The position numbers were made by a program, and so were the translations under genes. Below, piece by piece: positions 48,986 through 63,207 of a stretch of 64,000 nt of DNA. The DNA comes from Octopus sinensis (taxonomy: Eukaryota), in assembly GCF_006345805.1 (NCBI RefSeq), contig NC_043010.1, positions 42,842,001 to 42,906,000 on the forward strand, written 5' to 3'. How positions within the stretch are numbered: the first letter of the stretch is position 1; every line of letters starts with the position of its first letter. The notes beneath the pieces were generated by a model. That model worked only from the letters and a program-made list of their open reading frames with translations, was not told where the DNA came from and did not search any database.

Positions 48986-51584
48986 CAGCTCAGGTCTTGT
49001 GGTATGAATACCATTAAAGCAACACCAACTATTTTCTTCAATTTTAGGCCCATGTGTTTAGAGAGGATGTTGGTTATGTGCTGGTGGCACTAGTTAGTTA
49101 TCCAGTTGTCATTCAGTAATGTATGAATACATTAGTGGTAACAGTCTTTATGTGGGGGGAACCAAATTTGATGGTGTTGGGTTACAACTGAGGCTACAAT
49201 CAATATGGGGTAGCAGAGGCTGTATTCTGTATGTGCAGCAGGGATTGAATATCCTGCCCTTATGTTTGGGTCAGCCACACTTAGAGTGGTATATCAACTG
49301 CCAATGGCTTGAAGTTCACTACAGGGTGTACCTCTTGTGGCAGCAGTATGATAGTTCAATTTTCCTGTTGATTACTGCAGGTTGGTGGAATGTATATAGT
49401 ATTTCCTGGAGACAGAGTGGGCAATTGAAAGCTTCATGTGAATAAGGTGGGCCCTGTCAATGATATCCCATCTGATGTTGGGGAAGTCATTTTATAAGAA
49501 GAGGAGTGACAGTAATTTCAAGATAAGGACCCTCTCATCTCATCAAAGATTATTCAACCTCATTCATACTGGTACCATGATAAAATGCATCCGGTCCATT
49601 CTGTAAAGTAGTTGGCATTAGGAAGAGGATCCAGTTGTACAAAGGAAGCCAAAATGACATGAACAAGCACCTAGTTTTCAGGAATAGCAGCTTGCAATTG
49701 GCAATGACTTGTACCACTGACGACCCATCTAACTCATGCTAGTATGAAAAACAGACGTCAAAATAATGATGATGATGATGATGATAAGTATACATATACG
49801 TATGTAAGTATGTATGTATGCATGTATGTATGTATGGATAGGCATGGGCATGTTTGTATGGTTAAGAATCTTGCTTCCCAACCATGTTGTCTCAGATCCA
49901 GTCTATCTGCATGGCACCTTAGGCAAGTGTCTTCTGCTATAGCCCTGGGCTGACCAAAGCCTTGTGATTGAATCTGTGTATGTGTGTATGTGTCCTTGAT
50001 GGTTGTAAACAAGCATTGTTTATTTTTCAATCTTTCAAGAAAAACCTGTCAGACTATAGGGAAATATTACCTTTTTTGAGAACAAGAGAAAGTTGGCAAC
50101 AGGGTGGGCCTCTGGGCCATAGTAAGTCTGACTCATGCAAGTATGAGACAGTGAACATGCATACACATGAAAATTCTTGTGTGCACGCACACACACACAC
50201 CTATACACATGTATATGTCTATATATGTGTGTGTGAGTGTGTGTCATCTTCTTTTTGATATCTATGCATGATACCCCCAAATATCCTACTCTTCTATTTT
50301 GACCATTATATATTTTAATGAACATGTTTGTTACTCTTAGACAATTTTACTTCCTTTAGTGGCACTGACCTTCCCCATCCACGCCTTGAGATGTGACATC
50401 CAACATTTATTCTGGTTTCCATTTCAGCATATATTTCTCTTGGTATTCCTTCATTCCTGCCTTGAATCAACCAACTCTTACTCCGACTTTAAACCAACTT
50501 GTTATCTGCCCCTTTCTATGTTTACATCTAACCGGTAGCTTCTTTAACGCTATACAGTGTATCACTGTTGTTTATTTGTTTGCGACAGAATGAAATTTTA
50601 CCATTTCCTAACGCACTCTCTGAAATTAGCGAGAGAACAGAAGGCAAAGATGTGAGCTTTGATTCATATTGTGAAATATGTCTAGTTGTTTTGATTGTCA
50701 ATTGCCCTATCGTACTTTCAAATGCACATGTTATGCAAATCCGATATTGAATTGAAATATTTAATTAACTCTTTCCCTTTTGATAGAAAATGTATTCAAG
50801 GTAAGCAATGTATGTATATATATGTATGTGAAGAGTAAGCTGCTTCCACTTGAATGGTATGAGTAGCTGCTCCACACACACCCACTGCCACATACTCATT
50901 AAGTGAAACTCGTGCGGTGGTATCTGAATGTTTCTATCTTCATATTTTGGCGGTGATCTTTCGAAACAAACCTTGTTATTTTGATCATGTGAAGGAATGA
51001 AAATGTTATAAAACAGTAAGTCATTTTCCTTGTTTTGCTCTTAATTACTGTTCTTCACCTATCGATCCATTTATTTAGTATATTTATTTAGTCCAGATTA
51101 GCCCTTATAGAGCAGGTCTACAGCCAAAAGTATTCAAACAATGATCATTACGTGTTTTCTCGACACAGTTCACCTATGACAACATTATCCAATGTGCTTC
51201 TTTTCTAAAACTAAACAGTATGATTCGTGGTAATTTGACTGCTATTTCTAACGGGGCAAGCGATCGCAGAAAGGTTTCCCTCGTCGAATTCTGTGTTATT
51301 GATGGCTAAAGCATATATTTGAGCCTAAGTGAACTACCAATGACAATTCTCATTGATTCATTTCAATCAATGATTGTTTAGAATTCAGAGACATGTGGTT
51401 GGACAAATTGATGTGGATTCCTTAACATTTCTTCTAATTACTTCTTTCATGTAAGTGAATGCTAATTGCATGTATTCACCTAGTTATTTTACGTTTTTCT
51501 TTTTTGTCCATACTAGTCTTTATTTTTTTTTAATTACCTACTAATTTCTATTTTTTTTCCTGCGTGTTTTCCGTTTTCTCAGTT

Positions 51585-51585
<1 letters not shown>

Positions 51586-51652
<67 letters not shown>
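51586..51652. repeat. (TA)n(GA)n microsatellite
   Basis: Visible. Confidence 0.95.
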
Positions 51653-52194
51653 TTGATGGATTCACACATACACACACACTCACATGTACGTTTGAATGTA
51701 CAAATCAGAGTATAATTACTTGGAAATGAGATTAGTCTATTAATGTTACTCTGAGTCTCGCGATTCTTCATAGATTTGTGCTTATACATGAGAGATTTAT
51801 GTGTCTATCGATTTCTTCCCTATTTCTTATTTTCTCTTTGATTTCCTCAATCTGCTGAAAGTGTCATTCAATCACTACAGTGTTTTCCCCCTCTATTATA
51901 CCTATCATCATTTTACAACTTGACACACACAATAAGCTGCCCAAATTTGTTATATACAGGTATCCTTTCAGTTACCTGTACCCAAAGTGTTTCTACCTGA
52001 CATGTTGCATAATTGCTACCTTGCTCTTAATTCTTTGGACGGAGGGAGCCTTGTAGATAATAATAACCGATCGATAATATACATTATGAGATGTAAGTCA
52101 ATATCCTGGTTTTCTAATTTTGATAATAATAATAATAACTGTTTTGTAACATTATTCGTGACCATAAGTTTCCACTGATATATATATGTATGTC

Positions 52195-52266
52195 TGCATG
52201 CGTGCGTGCGTGTGTGTGTGCGTGCGTGCGTGTGTGTGTGTGTGTGTGTGTGCGTATGTGTGTGTG
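52195..52266. repeat. (TG)n/(TGCG)n alternating purine-pyrimidine tract
   Basis: Visible. Confidence 0.9.
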
Positions 52267-53072
52267 TTGAAATCGGGACCAATAAGAATATCGTACACGG
52301 TCTGAAGGACCACAGCTCATAGATTTGAGCCTCCTCTTCCCAGTTGCCAAAAGGTTTTTTTTTTTAACTGCTCATATATTAACATAATTGCACGCTTTCT
52401 TATTTGAGGGCAGTTACCAGCTTGTGCTAAAGTGATACGTGTTAGCTGGTAAAATAGAATGTTGGGAGTCAGGCTAACAAATAAAGGCAGGTAATGGAAA
52501 CAGAAAATGTACAAAAGCAGTTACAATATGTATAATGTTAAAATAGAGGCGGTTAAAAATAAGCTCGTTTTTTTTTCTTCTTTTAAATCAGATATATCTT
52601 TCAAACATATTAAAGTTTATATTTTTTACTTGAAACTACTTTTCCAAGAAACTCTTGGTCATTTCTAATTTTGTCCAAAAAATTCTGAGCCGGCTGGAAT
52701 GCTTATTTTAGTCATCAGAAGACGTCTGGCTGTAGCTTCTACCACATTGCTCCTATTTTTTTAATAACTACACCAAATAAATGACCAATACTTATTACTT
52801 GTTTTCCAGTCTTTGTGTTGATCTTAGCTGCAGATGGTTGAACATTGAACCAAGATATGTCTCCAGAATTTTAAGACTACAAATCTTCTGCACATTCAAA
52901 GTTCATGTTCCAAGATCTAAATATGAGAGGCATCTTTCATAAAAACTTTAAATTCTTTATTTTTCCAATGCTTTAAGCACTTTCATCAAGTTCAGCAAGT
53001 CCTTTGCATCTTGTGGTACCAATTCACAGTTTTCTTGTTCTACATTTCTTATAAAGTTTAGTTGAGGTTCCC

Positions 53073-53298
53073 TTATTTCTCTACTGCCCACAAGGGGCGA
53101 AACATACAGGGGACAAACAAGGACAGACAAAGGGATTAAGTCGATTACATTGACCCCAGTGCGTAACTGGTACTTATTTAAGCGACCCCGAAAGGATGAA
53201 AGACTAAGTCGACCTAGGTGGAATTTGAACTCAGAAAGTAACGGCAGACGAAATACTGCTACGCATTTCGCCCGGCGTGCTAACGTTTCTGCCAGCCC
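53073..53298 (-). mobile_element. SINE family B
   Basis: TSD AGTTTAGTTGAGGTTCC on both sides. Confidence 0.9.
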
Positions 53299-53560
53299 GC
53301 AGTTTAGTTGAGGTTCCATGCCATTTTACCTCTTGCACATAGTACACATCTACATGCTTCCTCTCATGCATATTTCATCTATCTCATTGAACTTACCTTT
53401 CATTGTGTCAACATTGATCCTGACAGCTCTAAGGCTATAGGCTTGGGAGGAGTGAGGAGTTAATTGGAGGATAGTTTTTAGCACCCGAAAGAATGAAGAT
53501 GAACATTTCTGTGAACTCTTGCTGGCAAGCAGTGGGTTCTTTCACCTGTCCAGTGAAACA

Positions 53561-53973
53561 AGCAGGAGTGGCTGTGTGGTAAGTAGCTTGCTAACCAACC
53601 ACATGGTTCCGGGTTCAGTCCCACTGCGTGGCATCTTGGGCAAGTGTCTTCTGCTGTAGCCCCGGGCCGACCAATGCCTTGTGAGTGGATTTGGTAGATG
53701 GAAACTGAAAGAAGCCTGTCGTATATATGTATATATATGTATATGTGTGTATGTGTTTGTGTGTCTGTGTTTGTACCCCTAGCATTGCTTGATAACCGAT
53801 GCTGGTGTGTTTATGTCCCCGTCACTTAGCGGTTTGGCAAAAGAGACCGATAGAATAAGTACTGGGCTTACAAAGAATAAGTCCCGGGGTCGAGTTGCTC
53901 GACTAAAGGCGGTGCTCCAGCATGGCCGCAGTCAAATGACTGAAACACGTAAAAGAGAGAGTAAAAGAGTAAA
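53561..53973 (+). mobile_element. SINE family A, full length
   Basis: As for 38371-38730. Confidence 0.88.
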
Positions 53974-54239
53974 GCATTATTTGTCACAACAGATTACATT
54001 GCTGAGACAAGCATCTGCAATCTAAGGAGAGGGGAGCAGTAGGGGGTGAGGAAGTGGGGGATGGGTGTTCTGGCTGAGCAGGTCATGACTACAGGTGATG
54101 GTGAGTATATGTGGACAAATTTGCACCCCACCTGTGCCAGGAGATCAACATATCATCATGAAAGAAAGAGAAAAGGTTGATGAATATGCGGAGCCAAGAA
54201 TTGAGATCACTAAGATATAACAGTTATGAGAGTCAAACA

Positions 54240-54525
54240 TAAAGGTTATCCCTATTGTCATTGGAGCATTGGGTTCAATACCACCCAATCTGAAAAGAGA
54301 AAACATCTGAAAACTTTAGAAATACCCTACAATCTAGGTGTATTGCAAAAGTTGGCATTACTTGGAACTGCACGCATATTGCATAAAGTACTGTCTGTCT
54401 GAGGTCCTTGTTATGACTTGATAGACAGTACAAACCCCCGGTAGACACAATATCTTCAATCAACAACCTCACGATATTGTATACTGTGTGATGTCTATAA
54501 TAATAATGATAATAATAATAATAAT
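54240..54525 (+). mobile_element. 3' end of an RLE-type (R4/Dong-like) non-LTR element with (TAA)n
   Basis: IVIGALG ... LQKLALLGTARILHKVL C-terminus. Confidence 0.6.
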
Positions 54526-56969
54526 ACAAAATACTCACTATGTAATCCCAAGGTTTAAAACAAACTTTTTTATTTATTTATTTTATTTTATTTTATTTAT
54601 TTATTTTTTTAAATTTTATTTTTATGTATTAGACATATTATTAGACAACACAAAAAAAAAAAAACCCCAAATATATGGCACAGAACTTCCAACCTGTTGT
54701 CTCTTGGTGAGACTTGGAGCCAACTTGTACAGACATAAAGCAAAAGTCAAACATAGAATAATAATAATAATGGTTTCAAATTTTGGCACAAAGCCAGCAG
54801 TTTCAAGGGAGAGGATAAGTTGATTACATTGACCCCAGTACTCAACTGGTACTTATTTTATCAACCTCGAGAGGTTGATTCTAGGTCTTGCATTCGCACT
54901 TGGAATTACTTTTCTAATTTTACTGCAGATGTAAGAATGATGCCATCAGTTTCCATTGGTATCTGACTTTTAAACTCTGGAGTTACTCATATACTAGATT
55001 TCTGGCAGTACGAGTTGTGTTAGATTATTCTTGCTACTAGATCTATTGCTTTCAAAGTAAAGATAGTGACACAGGAAAATGTGCACCCAAAACTTAATTG
55101 CACAGATATTTTCTCATGCAATTTAGGTCACAGATCTTCATTCTCAGGGATTATCAATGTTACTATGCTTTTGTACTCTCCTGGCTTCTGGTATCTTGAT
55201 TTCACCTGTAAGGTTACACCCACCACACTTAAATGTCCCTGTCATCTCCTTTCTTGAAGAGATGTTCTAACAAGAACTATGTGTCTGTTGCTCCCAAATT
55301 GGTCTTACAGTACACTCATTCGCAATCTTAAGTGTTAGTATATCTTTGTGCACTATTCTACAGAAATTGTACTGATTCACCTGTTCTTTTGACCAGTTTT
55401 GTCTGCTTGGTTTTTTGAAAACCTCTTGGCTGGCCTGGTGAGGTGCCACTTTAGTCACTAACCCAACAATATAACAAGTTGTACAAGATTTCATGTTACC
55501 AATAGCACTCATTGCAGCTATCCACACCCACACCCACACTCCTATCAGACACTAATGATATCCATGATTTTATTAATATTTAATCTGTGAGGGTCAGGGA
55601 TTGGCAGAACCATTAGATTATCAATCAAAATGCTTTGCAGTGTTTGTTTGGGCTGTTAACATCTTGAGTTCAAACACTGCTAAAGTTAGCCATCATCTTC
55701 TTAAGGTCAATAAAATAAAGTCCTGTAGTCAATGGTATTTACTTAATCCTCTCACTAAATAATGCTGGCCTTGTGCCCGAATCAGAAACAATTTAGGGTG
55801 ATGGATTGACAGAATCACTAGCGTATCAGAAAAAAATGTTTTGCAATTTTTCTTCTGGTCCTCTATGTTCTGAGTTCAAATCCCACTGCAGTCAACTTTA
55901 CTTTTCATCCTTCCAGAGTCTAATAAAATAGGTATCAGTCTAATATTGTAGTCAATGTAGCCAACTAACCCCTTCCCCTAAAAGTTGTTAGCTTGTGCCT
56001 ATATCTGAACAGTTATTTTTTAATGTTCCTTGGTGATATCTTAATTTTAATTTCAGATATAATAAATGCTGAAGTTGGAACTTAATTAGCACAGTTTTCT
56101 GCATATGTTGCTTGAAATTAATTGCAGTGTGCAGAGAGAGAGATCTTGGGGAAGAGTGGGATAGGGGGATAGCATTTATATCATTAATTTTATTGGCAAT
56201 ATCGATTCTTTGGTTGACTTGAAAAGACTGAATATTCATATCATCTACTATTTGCTCAACTCACACACACATATACATACATATGCTCATGTCCATACAC
56301 AGGTATCTATTGTTCAGACTATGAAATCTATTCTATAAACATTTCACTTTATATACATCAAATATCTATGTTCATTACTATAATTTCCTTGTGCTTAAAT
56401 AATGTGCATTGCAATAAAATATTACTTAGACTTGGTAACTTAATTTTACAAATGTGCCAGATGGTTTCAGTTAAAATCTGTTTATTTGGGTCTACATTTA
56501 GATTTAGTTTACACAATTGAGAAATGAAGGAAAATATGTTTTTTAGTGTAATCTAGCAGGAGTATTTGTGCTACCCAAAGGTTAACTATAAACACAGGCA
56601 TAACTACATAGGTAAGAAGTTTGCTTCCCAGCCATGTTTGTTTCAATCCCACTGTTTGGTACCCTCTGTTTGAGACCTGAGGCAAGCGTCTTCTACTATA
56701 CCCTCAGTCTAACCAAAACCTTGTGAGTGGATTCGGTTTCCTCATTTTGTAAATGAGCGCTACCATCATACAAGCAGTTTCATTCATTTCTAATCTTCCA
56801 TAAACACATGTCTAGTCATGTGGAAATAATATCTTACTTTGAAACAAGTGAGGTAAGGTGATAGGAAGGGCATCTGAGCAAAGAAAATCTGCCTCAATGA
56901 GTTCTATCTGGCCTATGCAAGCAACTCCATCAAGGCAACCAGAGCAGACCTGGAAAGTTGGTCTATAGG

Positions 56970-57155
56970 TGCAGGTATGATTGTGTGGTAAGAAACTTGC
57001 TTCCCAGCTACATAGTTCCATGTTTAGTCCCACTGCATGGCACCTTGGGCAAATGTCTTCTGCTGTAACCTCAGGCCTACCAAAGCCTTGTGAGTGAATT
57101 TGGTAGATAGAAACTGAAAGAAGCCCATTGTATATAAATATATATATATATATAT
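56970..57155 (+). mobile_element. SINE family A, 5' part
   Basis: Similarity to other copies. Confidence 0.7.
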
Positions 57156-57532
57156 GTATGCTGAAGAACAACCTCAGGACACTAAACTTTTCAGGCGAGA
57201 TGACAAAAGACTGAGATGCCTGGTGCCTTGTTATACTCAAGAAGATCCATAGTCCACAGCAGAAGTGTTAAAACTGGTCCCCCTGGCCTGGTGGTGAGGA
57301 TTGACTTACAAAAGTCCTGTGCTGATGTCATGTAAAAAGCACTTGTGACAGTGCCATATAAAAGTGCCCATGCAGTGTCACATAAAAAGTAAAGTGGTTG
57401 GTGTTAGGAAGAGCATCCAGCTGTAGAAACCATGTAAAATCAGACATTTGTAGCTCCCCAGTTTGCCAGCTTTGGGCAAACTGTCCAACCATGCTAACAT
57501 GGACAATGGGTATTGAATAATGATGGTGATGT

Positions 57533-57617
<85 letters not shown>
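57533..57617. repeat. (TA)n microsatellite
   Basis: Visible. Confidence 0.95.
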
Positions 57618-57620
<3 letters not shown>

Positions 57621-58224
57621 CCTTCTCTTCTTACTCACTTTCCTTCCACTTTTCACTTCGCTGTATCCCTGTCATTTTCTCTTGCCCCTCCTTAATTCTT
57701 CTGTCCCTCTGCTTCTACTTCTCTTCTCACGTGACCAATTGGCCAGCTTGCTCTTCCTTTTTGGTCTGACCGTGGTCCATGCAACATCGATATTCTTCCC
57801 TGAGTTTGTGAAAATTTTGTATCTCTGCCGTAAGGCTTCATTTCCATACGCGCCAGCTTAATTCAATTTGTCCTTAGTTGAAAGACATCTGTTGTTATGT
57901 TGTTATGTTCTGTTATTATTTTTATTGTATTTATATTTGTGTAACATTGTCCGTTTTTTCCGTCCTTGTTTTTGTATACATTTGCTGCTTTCTTTCAAGG
58001 AATCTAATGCTCTTAGCTTAGTTTTCCCTTGGGGCTGATCAGATTGGCGCAATCTCAAGAATAATTAGCCGAAATAGCGAGGATAATCTGGTTCTTGACT
58101 GAAGATAGAAAACTTTGAATGACCTGTCCTTGTTTTCTTTGTATTGTCTTTCTGGATGTTTTGTTGTCTCATTTTTGTATCACCTAGTTGTCCAGATGTT
58201 TTGCGTTCTTGTCTTATTTTGTAT

Positions 58225-58225
<1 letters not shown>
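57618..58225. mobile_element. Unclassified ~600-bp CpG-retaining insert between (TA)n tracts (possibly Penelope-like)
   Basis: Sharp (TA)n boundaries, pyrimidine skew, no convincing ORF. Confidence 0.4.
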
Positions 58226-58258
<33 letters not shown>

Positions 58259-58770
58259 GTGGGCTGTCTTTCTGTCTGTGTTTGTCTCCCACTGCTTGAC
58301 AGTTGGTGCTGGTGTGTTTGTCCCCATAACTTTGTGGTTCAGCAAAAGAAACCAATAGAATAAGTACCAGGCTTTAAAAAAAATGTCCTGAGGTTGAACT
58401 ACAAGAAGACATTGGTTGAAGTGGAACTGAATAATGGTTATGGTATGAAGTATTAAATCAGAATTATCAGTTATTTATGTTCTGTACAAATGCTTTTTTC
58501 ACCCCTAAATATTTATAATTAAATATAAATTACTTAGTTACTATAATTTGTTAGTTTCTTTTGCATATTCTTAGTTTATGCATGTGTATGCAAATATAGT
58601 ATTGGTATATCCCATTTATGTTCATTAGAAGTTAAATAAATAAAGAATTTTAACATGTACGAATATTTATTTCCCCTCCATTGTATATATGTGTGTGTGT
58701 GTGTGTCTTTGTATTTGTTCTCCACCACTGCTTGACAACTGTTGTTGCTTTGTTTACACCCCCATAAATT

Positions 58771-60262
58771 AGAGAAATTCAAGACGGGTTGCCCCGGGTG
58801 GCTCCTCTATGCTGATGACCTGGCCCTTATTCAAGAATCACTACCAGAACTAGAAAAGAAATTTTGTGTGTGGAAGCAAGGTTTAGAATCAAAAGGCCTT
58901 ATAGAGTCAATATAGCAAAGACCAGAGTTCTAGTAAGTAGGAAGGCGAACACATCACACACCCCATCAGGTAGGTGGCTCTGCTCGATCTGTAGAAAAGG
59001 TGTAGGTAGAGACACCATAAGATGTACCCAGTGTAAGCTATGGACACATAAGAGGTGCAGCAACATCAAAGGAAGATTAACTGAGAAGATAGCTTTCGTG
59101 TGTGTCAGATGCACTGGGGCAATAAACACCACAGATGCTCAGAAAACAGATTCCATCACACTCCAGGGGAAGAAACTAGAAGTAGTTGATAGCTTTCGCT
59201 TCCTAGGTGACCAAGTTAGTGGTGGTGGTGGGGATACTCAAAGAGTGTTACCACTACAATAAGAATAGCCTGAGCAAAGTTTAGAAAGCTTCTACCACTA
59301 CTGGTGACAAAGGGCTTCTCGCTCAGAGTGAAAGGTAGATTGTACAATGCATGTGTTTGAACCGCCATACTTCACAACAGTGAAACATGGGCCGTGACTG
59401 CAGAGGATATGTGAAGGCTTGAAAGAAATGAAGTGAGCATGATCCACTGGATGTATAATGTCAGTGTACACACACAACAGTGTAAGCACCCTGAGAGAAA
59501 TGTTGGATATAAGAAGCATAGGATGTGGCATGCAAGAGAGAAGTTTGCACTGGTATGGTCATGTACTACAGATAGATGAGGAGAGATGTGTGAAGAAGTG
59601 CCACTCCCAAACAGTTGAAGGAATCTGGGGTAGAGGTCTACCTCAACCCAAGGAAGATATGGGATGAGGTGGTCAAGCATGTCCTACGAATGTTGAGTCT
59701 CACAGGGGCAATGACAAAAGACTGAGACCTCTGGAGATATGCTGTGCCTGCGAAGACTTGGCAAATAAAGTGAGTTCACAGCTGTATCCTACACCAGTTT
59801 CGCATAAACAGCCCCAGCCCATTCAAAAGTACCTTGGATCGTAGGGTGACCTGTTGTGCTTGAGGATACCTATTGAGTTAAGTACATCAATATCAAAATG
59901 AAAATCAAATGGTAATTGTTGTGATACCTGTGCCGGTGGCACGTAAAATGAACTACATGTACTACATGTACTACAGATAGATGAACGTGCCAGCACCGCC
60001 TTGACTGGCTTCCGTGCCAGTGGCATGTAAAAAACACCAACCAATTGTGGCCATTGCCAGTCTCCTCTGGCCCCACTACAAGCACCCACTACAAGCACCC
60101 ACTACACTCATGGAGTGGTTGGCATTAGGAAGGGCATCCAGCTGTAGAAACACTGCCAGATCAGACTGGAGCCTGGTGCAGCCTCCTGGCTTCCCAGACC
60201 CTGGTCAAACTGTCCAACCCATGCTAGCATGGAAAACAGACGTTAAATGATGATGATGATGA
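58771..60262 (+). mobile_element. Second 5'-truncated RTE LINE, same subfamily as 47461-48985
   Basis: LLYADDL, PHD-like Cys/His array, FLGD, WYGHV, 3' UTR, (GAT)n. Confidence 0.92.
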
Positions 60263-60594
60263 TTCATATGTTTGAAAATGTTTATTGTTTTGTGTTCTAA
60301 ATTTGTATAATGTTTCCATGTATAATATATTTTATTTAGTATAAATTTCCTTTGATTTCCTTCGATGTTATTTGAGTAACGGCAATTTTACTGAAAGTTT
60401 TTAGGGTGTACATACTTCTGTGAGATACTGCATGCATGCATACATACATACATACATGCATACATATCTACATGTGTGTTTGTGTGAATGTGTGAATGTT
60501 TAGGACTTTAAGAAAATAGACTATTGGATACAGAACTATTTATAATATTGGATGCTACTTGAGCAAAATATTGGTTTTGGGCCAGAAAGTTCAG

Positions 60595-61012
60595 GTGGCA
60601 AGCTGGCAGAAACGTTAGCACACCGGGTGAAATGCCTAGCAGTATTTTGTCTGCCGTTACATTCTGAGTTCAAATTCCGCCGAGGTCGACTTTGCCTTTC
60701 ATCCTTTTGGGGTCGATAAATTAAGTACCAGTTACGCACTGGGGTCGATGTAATCGACTTAATCCCTTTGTCTGTCCTTGTTTGTCCCCTCTATGTTTAG
60801 CCCCCTGTGGGCAATAAAGAAATAAGAAAGTTCAGGGGAGGGGTAAGTCAATTACATCAACCTCAGTGTTAAACTGGTACTTATTTTATCTACCTCAAAA
60901 GGATGAAAGGCAAAGTCAATCATGGAAGAATTTTGGACTCAGAACTTAAAGATAGACAAAATGCTTCTGAGCATTTTTCCTGGTGTGCTAATGATTCTGC
61001 CAGCTTCTCACT
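60595..61012. mobile_element. SINE family B (+, 60595-60826) inserted in an older oppositely oriented relative
   Basis: TSD AGAAAGTTCAGG; the downstream copy is the reverse complement. Confidence 0.8.
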
Positions 61013-61278
61013 TTACTTAAGTAAATTATTAAGTTTCATGTATATGGAGAACTCTTAAAATAGCCATAGATGTGAAATCTTACAGTTGGTTATACCCATC
61101 ACAAACACAAATAGTTATAACAAGGCATTATTTAATACTGGTTACTGCTTTAAATCTTTACTGAATAAAATCTTTCCTAGAAAAGTTATGTATTTTTGTT
61201 TTATTTTTTCTGTAATTGTCCTGGAACCCTGTAGAGGTCTTCAGTGTGTTATCTGGACATAACTAAGTATGAATACAT

Positions 61279-61904
61279 TAATCCTTTAGCGTTCAGATTA
61301 TTCTGTCATATGTAATGCTTTTTTATTTATGCTTGAGGAGACCTATTGAGTCAAGTACATCAACATCAAAATAAATATCAAATGGAAATTGTAGTCGTGA
61401 TACCTGTGCCGGTGGCACATAAAAAGCACCATCCGAACATGGCCGATGCTAGCGCCGCCTTGACTGGCTTCTGTGCCGGTTGCACATAGAAAGCACCAAC
61501 CAATCGTGGCCGTTGCCAGCCTCCCGTGGTACCTGTGCCGGTGGCACGTAAAAAGCACCCACTACACTCACGGAGTGGTTGGCGTTAGGAAGGGCATCCA
61601 GCTGTAGAAACACTACCAGATCAGACTGGAGCCTGGTGCAGCCTCCTGGCTTCCCAGACCCCGGTCTAACCATCCAACCTATGCTAGCATGGAAAACGGA
61701 CGTTAAATGATAATGATGATGATGATGATGTTGTTCTGGATTAATTATGTATTATTTTGTAGACTTGAGATTTTGATGATGTGATTATTAATATTTAGAA
61801 TGACATTGTAGGCTTGGTGTGAGAGGCTGGATCTGGCTGGTTTGAATGTAGAATAGGTAGAATGTTTGAGCCTGATATTGCCAGTTTAGATATGAAAAGG
61901 TTAA
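61279..61904. mobile_element. piggyBac MITE family B (reverse) interrupted by an RTE 3' tail (61328-61730)
   Basis: TTAA ends; halves match the reverse complement of 33035-33258. Confidence 0.75.
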
Positions 61905-62057
61905 TCTATGCTAACACATTATCTCTCTATATAATGGTGTTCTTTTATTTTGAAATGAATTTAAACTTAAAGAAAAGTGGTTCTCCATTTAATAAGATTG
62001 TTCTTTACCTAACATTGCAAACTGAGTCCACACATTAGCTTTGTCTTCCAATTACAG

Positions 62058-62256
62058 CAGTGGTTCCCAAACTATGAGTCGCGACCCAGAGATGGGTCGC
62101 GAATGGAATCTTAGTGTGTCGCAAAAAGTTATAAAATTACGCATTAGCTTTGATTAACTGCTGTCTACCGAGATAGTTCAAGTAGAGTTAAGTGGGTCGT
62201 CATAAACTGGTGTGATAAATAGTGGGTTGCGACTCTAAAAAGTTTGGGAACCACTG
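62058..62256. mobile_element. hAT MITE
   Basis: TIR CAGTGGTTCCCAAACT; 8-bp TSD AATTACAG. Confidence 0.92.
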
Positions 62257-63207
62257 AATTACAGTATTTCAATTACTTTGTGTCTTTCACAAATATTAAT
62301 CATAATTTTCTACAATGACCTAACCATTTTAACCACTGCTCTGCACAATGATTATATTGGTCATCTACGGCCTATTTTTAAAAATCTATGTATTTCTCTT
62401 TGTTGAGAGTTTTAACTCAGGATCTATATTTTTAACTGATGGCTTTTAATACATTTATGCACATAGTCAAAGACATGGAAGTACTTACTTTACAGTTGAA
62501 ATTAAGCTCTATAGTTTAAATCCACTCTACAGGTATCTTGTAACAAAGCGCCGGAAATGAATGGAGGCTGGAATGATTGAAAAAGTCAAGCGCAAAAGTC
62601 ATTAATTTCAGAATTTTATTTTATCTGTAAATAACATAAAATTTGATTTGTAATTATAATTTCTTATTTTCATCTGCTTTATTTCTATTATTCATCATTG
62701 TTTTTTTAATACATTTTTTCCAGATAACCATATCACCGATTGAACGGCTAAACCTGTTGTCAGATCAACCTGATTGTTATTCAAGACTATTATCAATGGA
62801 GTTTATGAATATCTTAACATGAATTCCATTGCCATTTATAGCCAGCTTCTATATCTGGTTTGGTATTAAAATGATAATTATAAGAAATTTAGTTAAGAGT
62901 CCATGAAAATGAGGCTGAAGAAGAAAATGTGTTTCAGAAAGTGATGAAGTGATGAGACAGCTACATGACAAAATTCATATACCTGACAGATTCTTCTTTT
63001 GTTATTCCGCATCAAATGAAATTTTACACATGAAGTAAGAGTCTCATAGGGGAGTTGAAGTAATTCCTCTTTCTGATGTCGTTTTATATATTCCTCTCAG
63101 AACATGTCTAACTCAACACTTGAATGCTTATCTGTATAGGTATGCATGATTGCTTACCTTCATACTTTTAAAATGTGACACCAAGTTTCACAATCTGAAT
63201 AGGGTAT

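Noticed and set aside
54880-55540. Possible gag/protease relic or host exons on the minus strand
   Set aside because: Many stops and only vague motif resemblance
57378-57861. ORFs with YIYIYI runs
   Set aside because: (TA)n microsatellite translations
58090-58135. CTGAAGA...GAATGAC..GTC hammerhead-like motif
   Set aside because: GAAA core broken and no stem I pairing; only a family consensus could rescue it
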